Assembly: GCA_002787095.1 (NCBI GenBank)
Contig: PCVW01000010.1
Coordinates: 7,774 to 71,773 of the forward strand
DNA length: 64,000 nt
Reading direction: 5' to 3'
DNA from: Candidatus Omnitrophica bacterium CG11_big_fil_rev_8_21_14_0_20_64_10
GTDB taxonomy: Bacteria; Omnitrophota; Gorgyraeia; 1-14-0-20-64-10
In this document: positions 27,408-37,435 of the stretch, piece by piece
Position numbering within the stretch: position 1 is the first letter of the stretch
How the letters are laid out: the number at the start of each line of letters is the position of its first letter
Notes under the pieces: generated by a model
Seen by the model: the letters and a program-made list of their open reading frames with translations, nothing else
Databases searched by the model: none
Told to the model about the DNA's origin: nothing
Made by a program: the position numbers and the translations under genes

Positions 27408-28840
27408 TCCGCGCTGCGCCCGCTCCACCACTTCAACCGGTTCATCCAAAAGGCGGTCGCGATGACAACCGCCCCGGCCGCCGCCAGCCGGCCCGGCCAG
27501 CCGGAGATCCAGAAACAGAGTCCCCAGGTCAGCCACCCCATCGGCGCGCAGAGCCAGGCGGCTCTGAGACGGATTCCGAATCGCCGGGCGCTGATTCGGC
27601 CGTACAGGATCCCGATCCCGGTGTAGCAGAGGGAGGTCGAAAGCGCGACGCCCGGCAGGCCGCCCCACCGGATCCCGATCCAGTCCCCGACGGTGTTGAG
27701 CCCCGCCATCGCGAGGTTAAGTCCCATGACCATCGGCAGGGCGTCAAAGACGGAAAAGAGCGGGGTCACGAGGACCGCGAGCGGTTGGAAGCTCAAGCCC
27801 GCCCAGAGCAGGGCCAACGGCGCGGCCGCCCCGGCGTAATCGGGGCCGCCGAGCCACCGGACCCCCTCCGGGGTCACCGCGATCAGGAAGGCCATCGCGC
27901 TTCCCCAGAAGAAGGCGATCTTGGGGGCGGTGATTTCGATGAAGTTCCGGATCCGGCCGGCTTCCCCCCGGTTTTTCCACTCCATGAACATCGGAAAGAG
28001 GATGATGATCAGTCCCATCAGCCCGGTTGAGGCCATCAGCATCAGCCGGTAGCCGAACTGATAAATACCGACCGCCGTCGTTCCCAACACCAGACGGACC
28101 ACATAGAGATCCACCCAATCCACCCAGTAGCCGGCGAGAAAAGTGATCCCGTTGCTCCAGGCGTATCGGGCCGCCCGGAGCAGACCGGACCGGTCCGGCC
28201 GCAGCCAAAGCATCCGCCCCGCCCCGGCCCGCAGGATCAGCCAGCTGCCCATTCCCAGGTAGGTGGCCGTTTCGATCAGGAGGACGGTGGTGGGTGTCGG
28301 GGGCAGGCCGCCGAGGAGGAGCCAGCCGGCTCCGGCCGCCAACCCGGCTTGCCGAATGACATTGGCCGTCGCGTACCGGGGAATCGCCCCGGTCGCCCGG
28401 CTGATGGACAACCCCAGGTCCCACCAGGCGATCGCCGGCAGCAGGGCCGTCAGCGCGTGGATCGCGTTGGACGACAGTCCCGACCAAACCTCAAGCCAGG
28501 GGCGGGCTGCCTCGATCCCGATCATCGCGATCCCGCAGCAGACCGTCAGGAGGCACATCCGGACGGACACCGCTTCCCGGAGCGGCCGATTCTCTTCCAC
28601 GCCGGCGACGCCGAAGCGGATCACGGTGTCGCTGGCCCAGCCGATCGCGACCCGGAAGAGGAACTGGACGGTCGCCACGCCGATCAGGTAGGAGCCGAAC
28701 GGGCCGGCTCCCAGGACCCGGGCGATCGACCCGAGCCAGATCAGGCTCAGCGGGAGACTGATCCCCTGCGCGGCCACGACCGCTCCGTATTGTTTGAAGA
28801 TGTTCCGGACGCTCCAGCGGTCCCGGCCGGCGGAGTTCAA
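27404..28840 (-). CDS. wzx: Wzx-type O-antigen/polysaccharide flippase (MOP superfamily)
   Basis: About 478 aa with 12-14 TM helices and the typical Wzx organisation. TTG start (LNSAGRDRW...) checked in the sequence; local numbering uncertain by 1 nt. Confidence 0.8.
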   Translation of the reverse strand: MNSAGRDRWSVRNIFKQYGAVVAAQGISLPLSLIWLGSIARVLGAGPFGSYLIGVATVQFLFRVAIGWASDTVIRFGVAGVEENRPLREAVSVRMCLLTVCCGIAMIGIEAARPWLEVWSGLSSNAIHALTALLPAIAWWDLGLSISRATGAIPRYATANVIRQAGLAAGAGWLLLGGLPPTPTTVLLIETATYLGMGSWLILRAGAGRMLWLRPDRSGLLRAARYAWSNGITFLAGYWVDWVDLYVVRLVLGTTAVGIYQFGYRLMLMASTGLMGLIIILFPMFMEWKNRGEAGRIRNFIEITAPKIAFFWGSAMAFLIAVTPEGVRWLGGPDYAGAAAPLALLWAGLSFQPLAVLVTPLFSVFDALPMVMGLNLAMAGLNTVGDWIGIRWGGLPGVALSTSLCYTGIGILYGRISARRFGIRLRAAWLCAPMGWLTWGLCFWISGWPGRLAAAGAVVIATAFWMNRLKWWSGRSAE

Positions 28841-28844
28841 GGGC

Positions 28845-30173
28845 TCAGACTCCGATCAATCGTTGATAGGCCGCCTGCCGGCGTTCCGAGGCGATCGGCC
28901 AATCGTAATGGTCCCGCACCGCGGCCTGGGCCGCCTCCCCCATGGCTTGGGCCCCCTCCGGCTGTTCCAGCAGCCGGCAGACCGCCTGGGCGGCGGCGGC
29001 GATCGCCCCTTCCGGAATCAGGCGGCCGGTCGCCCCGTCCCGGATCAACTCCCGATGCCAGGCGAGATCATAGGCGACGACCGGTTTGCCGGCGGCGGCC
29101 GCTTCCAGCAGGCTGAAGCCCCCCATCAGGCAGATCTGGACATCCGATGCGGCCCGCCACAGGCGGAGCGACTCTCTCGGCAGGAACCCGAGCCAGCGGA
29201 CGCTGTCCGACAATCCCAAACGCCCGGCGGCCGCTTCCAGCGCCCTCCGCTGGGAACCGTCTCCGATGACGACCGCCTGCAGGTCCGGATGGGACCGCTT
29301 CACTTCGGCGGCGATCCGGAGAAAATCTTCGGGATAGTTCACTTTTTCGAGCCGTCCGATGAACAGCAGCAGCGGTTTTCCACTCAAACCGGCTTCCTTC
29401 CGGAAGCGGACCGCGTCCGTTTCCGGCGTTTTCCAAAAACTGAGATCCACTCCATGCGGCAGCACGGCGATCCGGTCCCGGTCGGCTCCCCGCCGCGTCA
29501 CCCATTCGGTGAGACTGGGTCGGACCACCCAGACCGCTTCGGCCCGCCGGAGGACCCAACGCTGCGCCGTCTCGGCCAGCCGGCGGGAACGGCCCCACCG
29601 GGCGGTCTCTCGGTCATCGAGTCGACGGGAGAGGTCCGGGTCTCCGTGCAGGGAGACCCCCCAGCGGACTCCGGTCAAACCGGCCAGCCAGGCGGCCAAG
29701 AGTCCCATCGGAAAGGGGTCCTGTCCCCGGATCACGGTGACCTCCCGCCGGATCGACAGCGATCGGCTGAGTCCCCAGACCGCCAGCCTCAGACCGTTGA
29801 GGGTGTGGTGGCAGGCGGTCCAGCCGGCGCCTTTCAGAAATCGGGCAATGGGCCGGAGGGTCCGGATCGTTTGCACAGGGCTCCAGCGGGTTCGGCGATT
29901 CTGTTCCGATGGGAAGTAAAGGGTTTCGACCCCGTCCCAGAACCCGGCCTCTTCCCGTTCTGAAATCAGGGAGCCGACCCCCTTGGTTAGGATCGCTTCA
30001 AAACCGGCGGGGACCAGACAAAGCAGCCTCCGTCCGGGCTTGCGGGGGATCCCCCGCAACAGAAGGGCGGTCGGCAGGGCCAGCAGCCCGAGGAGCGCCC
30101 CGCCGAGGAGAGCGATTCCGGCCGCGACGCAACCGTCCGCCCAACGGCTTCCCGGGGAGTTTGAGGCGGCCAT
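28845..30173 (-). CDS. family-4 glycosyltransferase with N-terminal TM anchor
   Basis: KPLLLFIGRLEKVN...VVIGDGSQRRALE...EAAAAGKPVVAYD, a Glycos_transf_1 signature. ATG at 30173-30171. Confidence 0.8.
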   Translation of the reverse strand: MAASNSPGSRWADGCVAAGIALLGGALLGLLALPTALLLRGIPRKPGRRLLCLVPAGFEAILTKGVGSLISEREEAGFWDGVETLYFPSEQNRRTRWSPVQTIRTLRPIARFLKGAGWTACHHTLNGLRLAVWGLSRSLSIRREVTVIRGQDPFPMGLLAAWLAGLTGVRWGVSLHGDPDLSRRLDDRETARWGRSRRLAETAQRWVLRRAEAVWVVRPSLTEWVTRRGADRDRIAVLPHGVDLSFWKTPETDAVRFRKEAGLSGKPLLLFIGRLEKVNYPEDFLRIAAEVKRSHPDLQAVVIGDGSQRRALEAAAGRLGLSDSVRWLGFLPRESLRLWRAASDVQICLMGGFSLLEAAAAGKPVVAYDLAWHRELIRDGATGRLIPEGAIAAAAQAVCRLLEQPEGAQAMGEAAQAAVRDHYDWPIASERRQAAYQRLIGV

Positions 30174-30183
30174 GGCCGTCGGG

Positions 30184-31278
30184 TCAACTGCGGGCCGCAG
30201 CGTCGTCCGCTGCCGGCGGTTGGGAGGCCCTCAGGGCCGGGACCTGGTAGCTGGAGCAGAGCCGGCAGATGTCCACCGTTCCCTGATCGGAGCGGATCTG
30301 TTTCCGAAATGCCCGGTACTTGGGGCCGTTCCATATTTTTCCGAAATCCTCCCGGAAGACATTTCCCATGATGTGGTGGGCCTTTGGGTCCCGGCAGCAG
30401 GGAACGACGTTCCCGTTCCAGGTGATCACCGAGGAGAAGTAGATCCAGTCGCAGCGGTTCTCGGGGAGAACCTTCGGCCGCAGGATCCCCTTCCGGAAGG
30501 CCGCTTCATCGTAGAACCAGTACCGCTTGTCTTCCGGAAGCATCTGGATCGCCTGGGCCATGTTCCGCACGCAGGGATCCACAACATGGACCCGGTCCAC
30601 CCCCCACCCCGAAACGGTCCGGACGAATTCCTCCACCTCATGCTCGTTGTGCTTCATGACGATGAACCCGACATTGATCTGAGGTGTCTTGAGTGGTCCC
30701 CGGGTGCCGGATCCGCCGAGCCGTTTCCGGGCTTCCACGAGTCCCCGGATGTTGGCGCAGACACGGTCAAAGCTGCTGTTGATCCGGTAGGTTTGGTGGG
30801 TTGCCTGGGTCATGCCGCCGATGTTGAAGTTGATCTCGTCCAGGCCCGAACGGACCGTTCGTTCGGGGTCCAGAACGGAACCGTTTGAATAGATCGTCAC
30901 ATAGATTCCCTGGTCCTTGGCGTGGCGGATCATGTCGTAGATGCGGGGATGCCAGAAAGATTCCCCCATGAAGTAGAGCTGAATCGAGTTGGTGTGGTGC
31001 CGCACCTGAGCGATCACCCGCTGAAAATTCTCGAAGGACATCTGTCCCACCGGCCGGTCAATGATCTTAGCGCCGGTCTCGCAGACCGGACAGCCGAGGT
31101 CGCAGGCACTGGTCGGTTCGATCGTCAGGAAAGCGGGCCGGCCGGCCGCCCGTTCGGTCCGGAGCCAGGCTGAGGGGATCGTCCGGCAGAAGGCCCAGAA
31201 TCCTTTGGGGCGCTGCGAAGCCATCCAGGCGAATTTCTTCAGCTTGTGGAGGATCGGTTTCCGGATCGGTTCGCTCAC
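30184..31278 (-). CDS. radical SAM / SPASM-domain protein
   Basis: CDLGCPVC is a CxxxCxxC cluster; the C-terminus NGNVVPCCRDPKAHHIMGNV...CRLCSS is a SPASM-like Cys cluster. A GTG at 31278-31276 gives a GTGA overlap with the asnB-like stop. Alternative ATG at 31224. Confidence 0.75.
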   Translation of the reverse strand: MSEPIRKPILHKLKKFAWMASQRPKGFWAFCRTIPSAWLRTERAAGRPAFLTIEPTSACDLGCPVCETGAKIIDRPVGQMSFENFQRVIAQVRHHTNSIQLYFMGESFWHPRIYDMIRHAKDQGIYVTIYSNGSVLDPERTVRSGLDEINFNIGGMTQATHQTYRINSSFDRVCANIRGLVEARKRLGGSGTRGPLKTPQINVGFIVMKHNEHEVEEFVRTVSGWGVDRVHVVDPCVRNMAQAIQMLPEDKRYWFYDEAAFRKGILRPKVLPENRCDWIYFSSVITWNGNVVPCCRDPKAHHIMGNVFREDFGKIWNGPKYRAFRKQIRSDQGTVDICRLCSSYQVPALRASQPPAADDAAARS

Positions 31279-33107
31279 GATGTCCCCTTCCTGCTTTCGG
31301 CCGGAACCGGGAGGATCTCGCCGGCCGATTCCATGAAGCGGCGCAGCCACCATTCGAAAGCCGCCAGCGACCAGATCAGCAGCCGGTGATCGGCGCGGCC
31401 GTTCTGGTGGGATTCGAGGATTTCCTGAAGCCACGCCGGCTGGAAAACTTCGTTGACTCGGCTGTTCGGTTGAGCCAGCAAGGTTCGGACGGTTGCCATC
31501 CGGTCGGCCCGCAGCCAGGCCGATTCGGGGGGGCTGAATCCCTGTTTCGGACGCCGGCAGGTCCGTTCCGGGAGGAGGGGCGCCAGCGCCCGGCGCAGCA
31601 GCCGCTTTCCTTCCGGCCCGGGGTCCTTTTGTTCGACCGGCAGCCCCCGAACCCAATCGGACAATTCCAGGTCCAAAAACGGCACCCGGCTCTCCAGCCC
31701 ATGAGCCATGCTCAGCTTGTCCTCCACCATCAGCAGTCCCTGCAGAAAGGTGTCGGCTTCGAACCGAACCGCTTTCTCGACCGGCGGCAGCGCCCGATAG
31801 GGGGCGATCCGCTCCCGGTACCGCTCCCAAGGGGAATGGGAGCGCATCCGTCTCCAGACCTCCGGAAGGAAGGCATTGGCCTGCTCGTCTGGAGGGATCA
31901 GCCGGCACCAGGCGGCGAACTGGATCCGATCAAACTGCTCCGGGTCGTTCGCCTCGGCGATTGCCGCGTAACGCCAGGGGTAGCCGCCGAACAGTTCGTC
32001 TCCTCCGACGCCCGAGAGGACGACGGTCACGTCCCGGCGGGCCAGTTCCGCGGCGAAGAAATTGGGGTAGGACATCCCGACCCGAAGTTCTTCCAGGTGG
32101 GTCACGAGGCGGGGCAGCAGATCCCACCCGTCACCCGGTCCGATCGTCCGTTCATGATGCCGGGTCTTGAGCCGGCGGCTCAGCCACCGGGCCTCTTCCC
32201 GTTCGTCGAACCGGGCTTCGGGCCCGGTCACTCCCGAGACATCGAATCCGGCGGTAAAGGTATCGAGCTCGGGCAGCCGCCGCTGAGCCAACGCGACCAA
32301 AGCCCCGGAGTCCATCCCTCCGCTCAGGAAGGCGCCGACCGGCACGTCACTGATCAGGTGGCGGTTTACCGCCGCAGTCAGCCGTTGGAGCAGCTCTTCC
32401 TCCGTCCGCCCGGCCGGCTCGCTCCGGTTGACGGGGATGCCTTCGGCGATCCGATGGGTTCGGATCTTCCCCTCCGCCACTTCGAGCAATTCTCCGGCCG
32501 GGAGCAGTTCGATCCCGTCGAAAAGGGTCTGCCGGCCGAACAAATTCTGAAAGGTGAAGTACTCCCGAAGCGCTTCCCAACAGATCCGGCGGGGAGCTCC
32601 ATCGGCCTGCAGCAGCCCTTTGACTTCCGAAGCGAAATGAAGCCGATTTCGGAAGCGGCCCAGGTACAGCGGCTTGATTCCGAACCGGTCTCGGGCCAAC
32701 CAAAGGGTTTGGGAGCGGCCATCCCACAGGGCGAAGGCGAACATCCCGTTGAGCCGGGCGAAAGCCGCCGGTCCCTGCGCCTCGTACAGGTGGAGGATCA
32801 CCTCCCCATCGGTTTGGGAGGCGAAACGGTGCCCGAGCCCTTCGAGCTCCCGGCGCAGTTCCCGGAAGTTGTAGATCTCGCCGTTGAAAATCAGCTGCAG
32901 GCGGCCGTCCTCGTTGCCCAGCGGTTGGCGGGCCGTGTCGCTCAGGTCAATGATGGCCAGCCGCCGATGCCCGAGTCCGATCGGTCCTTCGAGGAAGAAG
33001 CCTTCCCCGTCGGGTCCCCGATGAGCGAGGGCCCGCGTCATTCGGATCAGCCCCGCCCGATCGGCCCGCCCGCCCGACAGGTCGATCATCCCGGCGATCC
33101 CGCACAT
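31275..33107 (-). CDS. asnB: asparagine synthase (glutamine-hydrolysing) family amidotransferase, copy 1
   Basis: N-terminal MCGIAGMIDL (Cys2 nucleophile), a GATase-2 domain, the PP-loop SGGMDSG and AsnB C-terminal blocks. The ATG at 33107-33105 forms a TGATG 1-nt overlap. Confidence 0.9.
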   Translation of the reverse strand: MCGIAGMIDLSGGRADRAGLIRMTRALAHRGPDGEGFFLEGPIGLGHRRLAIIDLSDTARQPLGNEDGRLQLIFNGEIYNFRELRRELEGLGHRFASQTDGEVILHLYEAQGPAAFARLNGMFAFALWDGRSQTLWLARDRFGIKPLYLGRFRNRLHFASEVKGLLQADGAPRRICWEALREYFTFQNLFGRQTLFDGIELLPAGELLEVAEGKIRTHRIAEGIPVNRSEPAGRTEEELLQRLTAAVNRHLISDVPVGAFLSGGMDSGALVALAQRRLPELDTFTAGFDVSGVTGPEARFDEREEARWLSRRLKTRHHERTIGPGDGWDLLPRLVTHLEELRVGMSYPNFFAAELARRDVTVVLSGVGGDELFGGYPWRYAAIAEANDPEQFDRIQFAAWCRLIPPDEQANAFLPEVWRRMRSHSPWERYRERIAPYRALPPVEKAVRFEADTFLQGLLMVEDKLSMAHGLESRVPFLDLELSDWVRGLPVEQKDPGPEGKRLLRRALAPLLPERTCRRPKQGFSPPESAWLRADRMATVRTLLAQPNSRVNEVFQPAWLQEILESHQNGRADHRLLIWSLAAFEWWLRRFMESAGEILPVPAESRKGTS

Positions 33108-34006
33108 CAGGCCTTCCGTCCGATCGCCGAGATGCCGTTCGGGTTCGGGGTCAGCAGGCGGATTTCCTTCAGGCCGGCCGCTTCGAACCATCCCCGCACT
33201 TCTTCCGGGGTATGACGGAAGGCGTGGGCGGGATGGTACCAGTCAAAGTTCACAAGGGTGTTTTCGTCGAACTTGAAATCGGGGTTCCAGAAACACTTGA
33301 AGAAATGATCGTAGATCAGCCGCTGCAGGTCATACCGGCCGGCCGGGATCCCCAGGCCCGGCAGGTCCTGCGGCACGTCAACGGTCGCCTGCATCTCGGA
33401 GAGCGCCTTTCCGAACCGGGTGAAGGCTTCGCTGAAGGCCCAGCAGGCTTCCGGCTCCATCCGGGTTGCTTCCGCTCGGAGCAAGTCATCGCAGAATTCC
33501 CGGGCCGGCCCCATCTTGCGGTAGACATGGATCGCGATCAGGCCGCCCGGCGCCAGGAACGGCAGCAGCGCTTCGAAGGCCCGGCGGGTATCTGGAGGGT
33601 GATGCAGGACCCCGTCGCTGACGATCAGATCGAACTGTTCTTTCCGGAATGGCATGCGGAAGAGGTCGGCTCGAAGAATCCGGGCGTTGGCGTGGTGCCG
33701 CACGTTTTGCCATGCTGGGACGACCGATTCCGAGAAATCGATGCCCACTGCCGGGGCGGTCCGGTTGAACCGGCAGAAGGTGTCGATCTTGGCCCCCAGC
33801 CCGGTCCCAACGTCGAGAAAGGAGCGCCGGCCGGACAAGAACGCAGGAAGCTGTTCGGGGGCCGGCAGTCCCAGTTTTCGGCTGAACCAGTCGTCGTAGA
33901 ACTGTTTTTGGCGCTCGTCCTGGAAACCGAATCCGGGCAGCCGGTTCCATTTGAACGAGAAACTGCTTTGGACCTGCCGGCGCCGGTCGGTCAATTCCGG
34001 AGTCAT
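33107..34006 (-). CDS. class I SAM-dependent methyltransferase (MT6)
   Basis: FLDVGTGLGAKI motif I; ATG at 34006-34004 in an ATGA overlap. Confidence 0.75.
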   Translation of the reverse strand: MTPELTDRRRQVQSSFSFKWNRLPGFGFQDERQKQFYDDWFSRKLGLPAPEQLPAFLSGRRSFLDVGTGLGAKIDTFCRFNRTAPAVGIDFSESVVPAWQNVRHHANARILRADLFRMPFRKEQFDLIVSDGVLHHPPDTRRAFEALLPFLAPGGLIAIHVYRKMGPAREFCDDLLRAEATRMEPEACWAFSEAFTRFGKALSEMQATVDVPQDLPGLGIPAGRYDLQRLIYDHFFKCFWNPDFKFDENTLVNFDWYHPAHAFRHTPEEVRGWFEAAGLKEIRLLTPNPNGISAIGRKA

Positions 34007-34581
34007 CGGGTTTGTTCCCGGTCGTAGACCAGCCGGACCCCGCCTTCGGCATCGGTCTCCACTCGGCCGACGATCCGGGCCGGGGCGCCGACGGCGATCG
34101 AATGCGCAGGAAGGTCTCGGTTCACGAAACTGTGGGCTCCGATCGCGCAGTGGTCTTCGATCGTCACCCCTTTCGCAATCGTGGCTTGAGGGCCGATGAA
34201 GCAGGCGTCGCCGATCCGGACCGGCGCATGGGCGTAGGGAGCTTTCCCGCCGCTCAAGGCCCAGGCGACGGTATCATGGGAGTAGATCTGAACGCCCGCC
34301 GAGATGCTGCAGAAATTTCCGATTCGGAGCTTTCCGGTTCCGTCGAGGATGACCAGGGGGCCGATCCAGGCGTTCTCTCCCACCGTCACATCGCCGTAAA
34401 CATAGCTGAGCTGGTAGATGCTGCTCCCCTTCCCGAAACCGAGCGCTTGCGCTCGTTCCTTCCGGTCAAACAGGGATTCTTCAAAAGGAAGGGAGCGGTT
34501 CCACTTCCGGCGGATTTGGAGATCCAGTTCCTGTCCGAGGCGCTTGAGCTGGGCGTGAAGGGGGTGGGGCAGCTTCGTCAT
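34003..34581 (-). CDS. hexapeptide-repeat (left-handed beta-helix) sugar acetyltransferase
   Basis: Repeated [LIV]G-x4 hexapeptides (GENAWIGPLVILDGTGKLRIGNFCSISAGVQIY...); ATG at 34581-34579. Confidence 0.8.
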   Translation of the reverse strand: MTKLPHPLHAQLKRLGQELDLQIRRKWNRSLPFEESLFDRKERAQALGFGKGSSIYQLSYVYGDVTVGENAWIGPLVILDGTGKLRIGNFCSISAGVQIYSHDTVAWALSGGKAPYAHAPVRIGDACFIGPQATIAKGVTIEDHCAIGAHSFVNRDLPAHSIAVGAPARIVGRVETDAEGGVRLVYDREQTR

Positions 34582-35741
34582 CGGGCGCTCAACTCCTTGC
34601 GGATTGTCTCGATCACCTGGTCCTGGTCGGCGGCGCTGAGTGCCGGATAGAGCGGCAGGGTCAGCGATTCCTGATCGGCCGTCCAGGCGTTCGGGAAATC
34701 TTCCGGACGAAAGCCGTATTTCCGGGCGTAGTAGTCCAGCGCATGGACCGCGTGGGTCCCCTGCCGGGTGGCGATCCCTTCCCCTTTGAGTTGTTCCGCC
34801 AGTTCATCCCGGGAACAGCGGGCCGCCGGCGTGATCCGGATGACATAGGATTGGAAGGGATGGACCTCCCCTTCCGGGATCGCCGGGGTTTCCAGTCCCG
34901 GCACGCCCCGCAGCCCTTCGGCATACCGCCGGGCCAGCCGGAGGCGGGCCTCCAGCAGCGCCGGGAGGCGCTTCATCTGGACCGCGCCGAGGGCGGCCTG
35001 GAAGTCTGTCATCCGGTAGTTGTAGCCGGCCAATCCGAATTGAGGCAGCCGGGCGCTCTGATCGCCGTGCCGGCTCCAATCCGACCGGGATTCCCCGTGC
35101 GATCGCAGCTGCCGAAGCCGTTCGGCGAGCGTTCCGTCGGCGGTGACGATCGCTCCCCCCTCCCCGGTCGTGATCACCTTCCGGGGGTGGAAGCTGAAGC
35201 AGCCGCTTGTCCCGAAGCTGCCGGCCGCCCGGGACCCGCTCCGGGCGCCGATGGCGCAGGCGGCATCCTCGATCACCCGCAGGTTCCGGCGCTCAGCCCA
35301 CGGCATCAGCCGGTCCATCGGGGCCATGCGGCCGAAGAGATGCACCGGGATCACGGCGCGGGTTTTCGAAGTGATCCGGGCCTCCCAGGCGTCGGGATCG
35401 ATGTTCCAGCTGTCGAGCCGGATGTCCACGAAGACGGGGCGGGCCCCGGTCTGCTCGACCGCGTTGGCGGTGGCGACATAGGTCAAGGCGGGGACCAGCA
35501 CCTCATCCCCCGGTCCGATCCCGCAGGCAACCAGACTCAGATGAAGGGCGGCGGTGCAGGAGGAGACGGCAATCGCGTGGGGGACGCCGCTCGATTCCGA
35601 CAAGAGGGTTTCGAACCGCCGGACCTGCTCCCCCTGGACCAGCCAGCCGCTCCGGAGGACCGCGGCGACCGCCTCCAGTTCCTCCGGACCGATGTTCGGT
35701 CGGGTGATCGGAATGGTCCTGGAAGCGGAGGCCGGGTTCAT
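34578..35741 (-). CDS. DegT/DnrJ/EryC1/StrS-family PLP-dependent sugar aminotransferase
   Basis: IPITRPNIGPEELEAV...AIAVSSCTAALHLSL...VPALTYVATANAV...FSFHPRKVITTGEGG. ATG at 35741-35739 in an ATGA overlap. Confidence 0.9.
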   Translation of the reverse strand: MNPASASRTIPITRPNIGPEELEAVAAVLRSGWLVQGEQVRRFETLLSESSGVPHAIAVSSCTAALHLSLVACGIGPGDEVLVPALTYVATANAVEQTGARPVFVDIRLDSWNIDPDAWEARITSKTRAVIPVHLFGRMAPMDRLMPWAERRNLRVIEDAACAIGARSGSRAAGSFGTSGCFSFHPRKVITTGEGGAIVTADGTLAERLRQLRSHGESRSDWSRHGDQSARLPQFGLAGYNYRMTDFQAALGAVQMKRLPALLEARLRLARRYAEGLRGVPGLETPAIPEGEVHPFQSYVIRITPAARCSRDELAEQLKGEGIATRQGTHAVHALDYYARKYGFRPEDFPNAWTADQESLTLPLYPALSAADQDQVIETIRKELSAR

Positions 35742-37435
35742 CGGCCGGCTCCGAAAGGAAAACGGTACCGGAGGCGCAGTTCCCCGTTCCGGTTCCAATC
35801 ATCCGACAGGTCGGGAGAGCTTCCCTTGATGCCCGACAGGTCCGTCGGCTGGAAGTAGCGGGAAGAACCCATGTGGCGGACCGAGAATTTTCCGGGACGC
35901 CGGAGCCATCGCATCGGCAGCGGCCGGGAGGCGGTGGAGATCAGATGGTCCACGACCTCGATCCAGTCCGGCTCCAGGGCGATCGTCCGGGTCAGCGCGA
36001 TCGGCGCCGTCCGATGTCGGTACAGCAGGGCGCCGACCAGCAGCCGCTTCAGCCACAGGGCGGCGGCCGGCAGCCGGCCGATCGTCAGGTTGAACAGCCG
36101 GAACAGGAAGAATGGGCCCGGCGAGAAGGTTTTCCTCGGCAGCCGGCGGAATTGTTTTTGGATCCGCCAGCTGTTGCCGGCATTCTCGATCCCCGCTTCG
36201 CCGGGATGCTGCAGCCACAGAGAGGAAACCAGTTCCCCGCCCCGGGTCAGGCCGGCGTAGCCGCCGTCGGCGATCACCGGCTGTCCGGTCGTCCGGTCCC
36301 AGGCTTTCAAGACCCCTCCCTTGGAGAGTCCCAGGATCGCGAAATAGCGCGGGGTGCTCTTGACCAGCAGCCCGGCTTCCGCGAAATGGCGCTCCCCTTC
36401 CCGCTCAAAACCGAAGGCCGGGCGCTGCGCGGGGATCGGACCGGCCGCTTCCTGCGCGAACAAGTAGTTGTTCAGCATCGGAAAGAAATTGTAGGGATCC
36501 ATCGCCGCCAATCCCGCCGCTTGCTGGTCGGCGACCGCCGGCCGCATCCAGGCGGCAATCGCGGCGGCCTGCGGGTCGTGGGGGGCCAGGATCTCAAAGG
36601 CCGCCGGAAAGAAGAATTCGGTGTCCCGGCTGCCGGTTTCGCCGCCGAGCGTCCGGTCGGGGTGGATCACCTCCAGCAGGAAGGCGCTGGCCCGTTTGAG
36701 CGTCGTCAGCAGCCGGCCCTCCCGCGACTGCTGCCAGATGCGGGCCAGGTAGAACATCCCCAGCGTCTGGTAGCCGGGATCGGCCCCGCCGTACTCATGC
36801 AGCCAGCCTTCGGCTGATTGGTGCTTCAGGATGATTTCCAGGAAGTGGTCCCGCCGCTGCAGGAAATCCCGTTCCGCCAACAGCTCTCCGGCGTGGTGAA
36901 GGGCGCCGGCGGCGGCGGCGAGGTGGTTGGTCAGGATCCCATGGGTTTCTCCCGATCGGCAGAGCCAGCGTCCCGCTTTCCGGAGGGCCGACTCAACGGT
37001 GTTCCGTTGGGGGACCGAGAGCCGGCCTTGAAGGCGCCGGAAGGCTTCGGCGGCATGAAACGCAGAGACCGCAGTGGCGGCCAGGCTCTGTTCGTGGGGG
37101 TAGGCCTCATCGAAGGAGCCGTCGGCGTGTTGAATCCGGCTCCAATAGAGCAGCGCGGCGGTCGCCCAGGCTTCGGCCTGAGGGAGGCCGGCATACCGGT
37201 TGCCGGGAAACGGCAGTGTCGCCACCGCGGCGAGGGCGTAGGCCCCTTCCTGGAAACGGGCTCCCGGGAAATCGGTGAACTTCCAGCACCAATGGGTCCG
37301 GTCCAGACAACCGTAACTCTTGGAATGCTCCTGACGGTCCAGCATCGAGAAGAGGCGGGGCAGCTCCGCCGTGATCCGGGCGGCGTACGGCGAAGCCAGC
37401 GCCTGCGAATCCGAAACGGCCGGTTGAGTCGGCAT
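35738..37435 (-). CDS. hypothetical protein (approx. 565 aa), possibly alpha/alpha-toroid carbohydrate-active fold (heparinase II/III-like?)
   Basis: No motif recognised with confidence. A helical N-terminal region rich in Trp/His (SYGCLDRTHWCWKF, HEQSLAATAVSAFHAAEA) and a beta-rich C-terminus. ATG at 37435-37433 (MPTQPAV...) in a TGATG overlap with the upstream stop. Confidence 0.4.
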   Translation of the reverse strand: MPTQPAVSDSQALASPYAARITAELPRLFSMLDRQEHSKSYGCLDRTHWCWKFTDFPGARFQEGAYALAAVATLPFPGNRYAGLPQAEAWATAALLYWSRIQHADGSFDEAYPHEQSLAATAVSAFHAAEAFRRLQGRLSVPQRNTVESALRKAGRWLCRSGETHGILTNHLAAAAGALHHAGELLAERDFLQRRDHFLEIILKHQSAEGWLHEYGGADPGYQTLGMFYLARIWQQSREGRLLTTLKRASAFLLEVIHPDRTLGGETGSRDTEFFFPAAFEILAPHDPQAAAIAAWMRPAVADQQAAGLAAMDPYNFFPMLNNYLFAQEAAGPIPAQRPAFGFEREGERHFAEAGLLVKSTPRYFAILGLSKGGVLKAWDRTTGQPVIADGGYAGLTRGGELVSSLWLQHPGEAGIENAGNSWRIQKQFRRLPRKTFSPGPFFLFRLFNLTIGRLPAAALWLKRLLVGALLYRHRTAPIALTRTIALEPDWIEVVDHLISTASRPLPMRWLRRPGKFSVRHMGSSRYFQPTDLSGIKGSSPDLSDDWNRNGELRLRYRFPFGAGR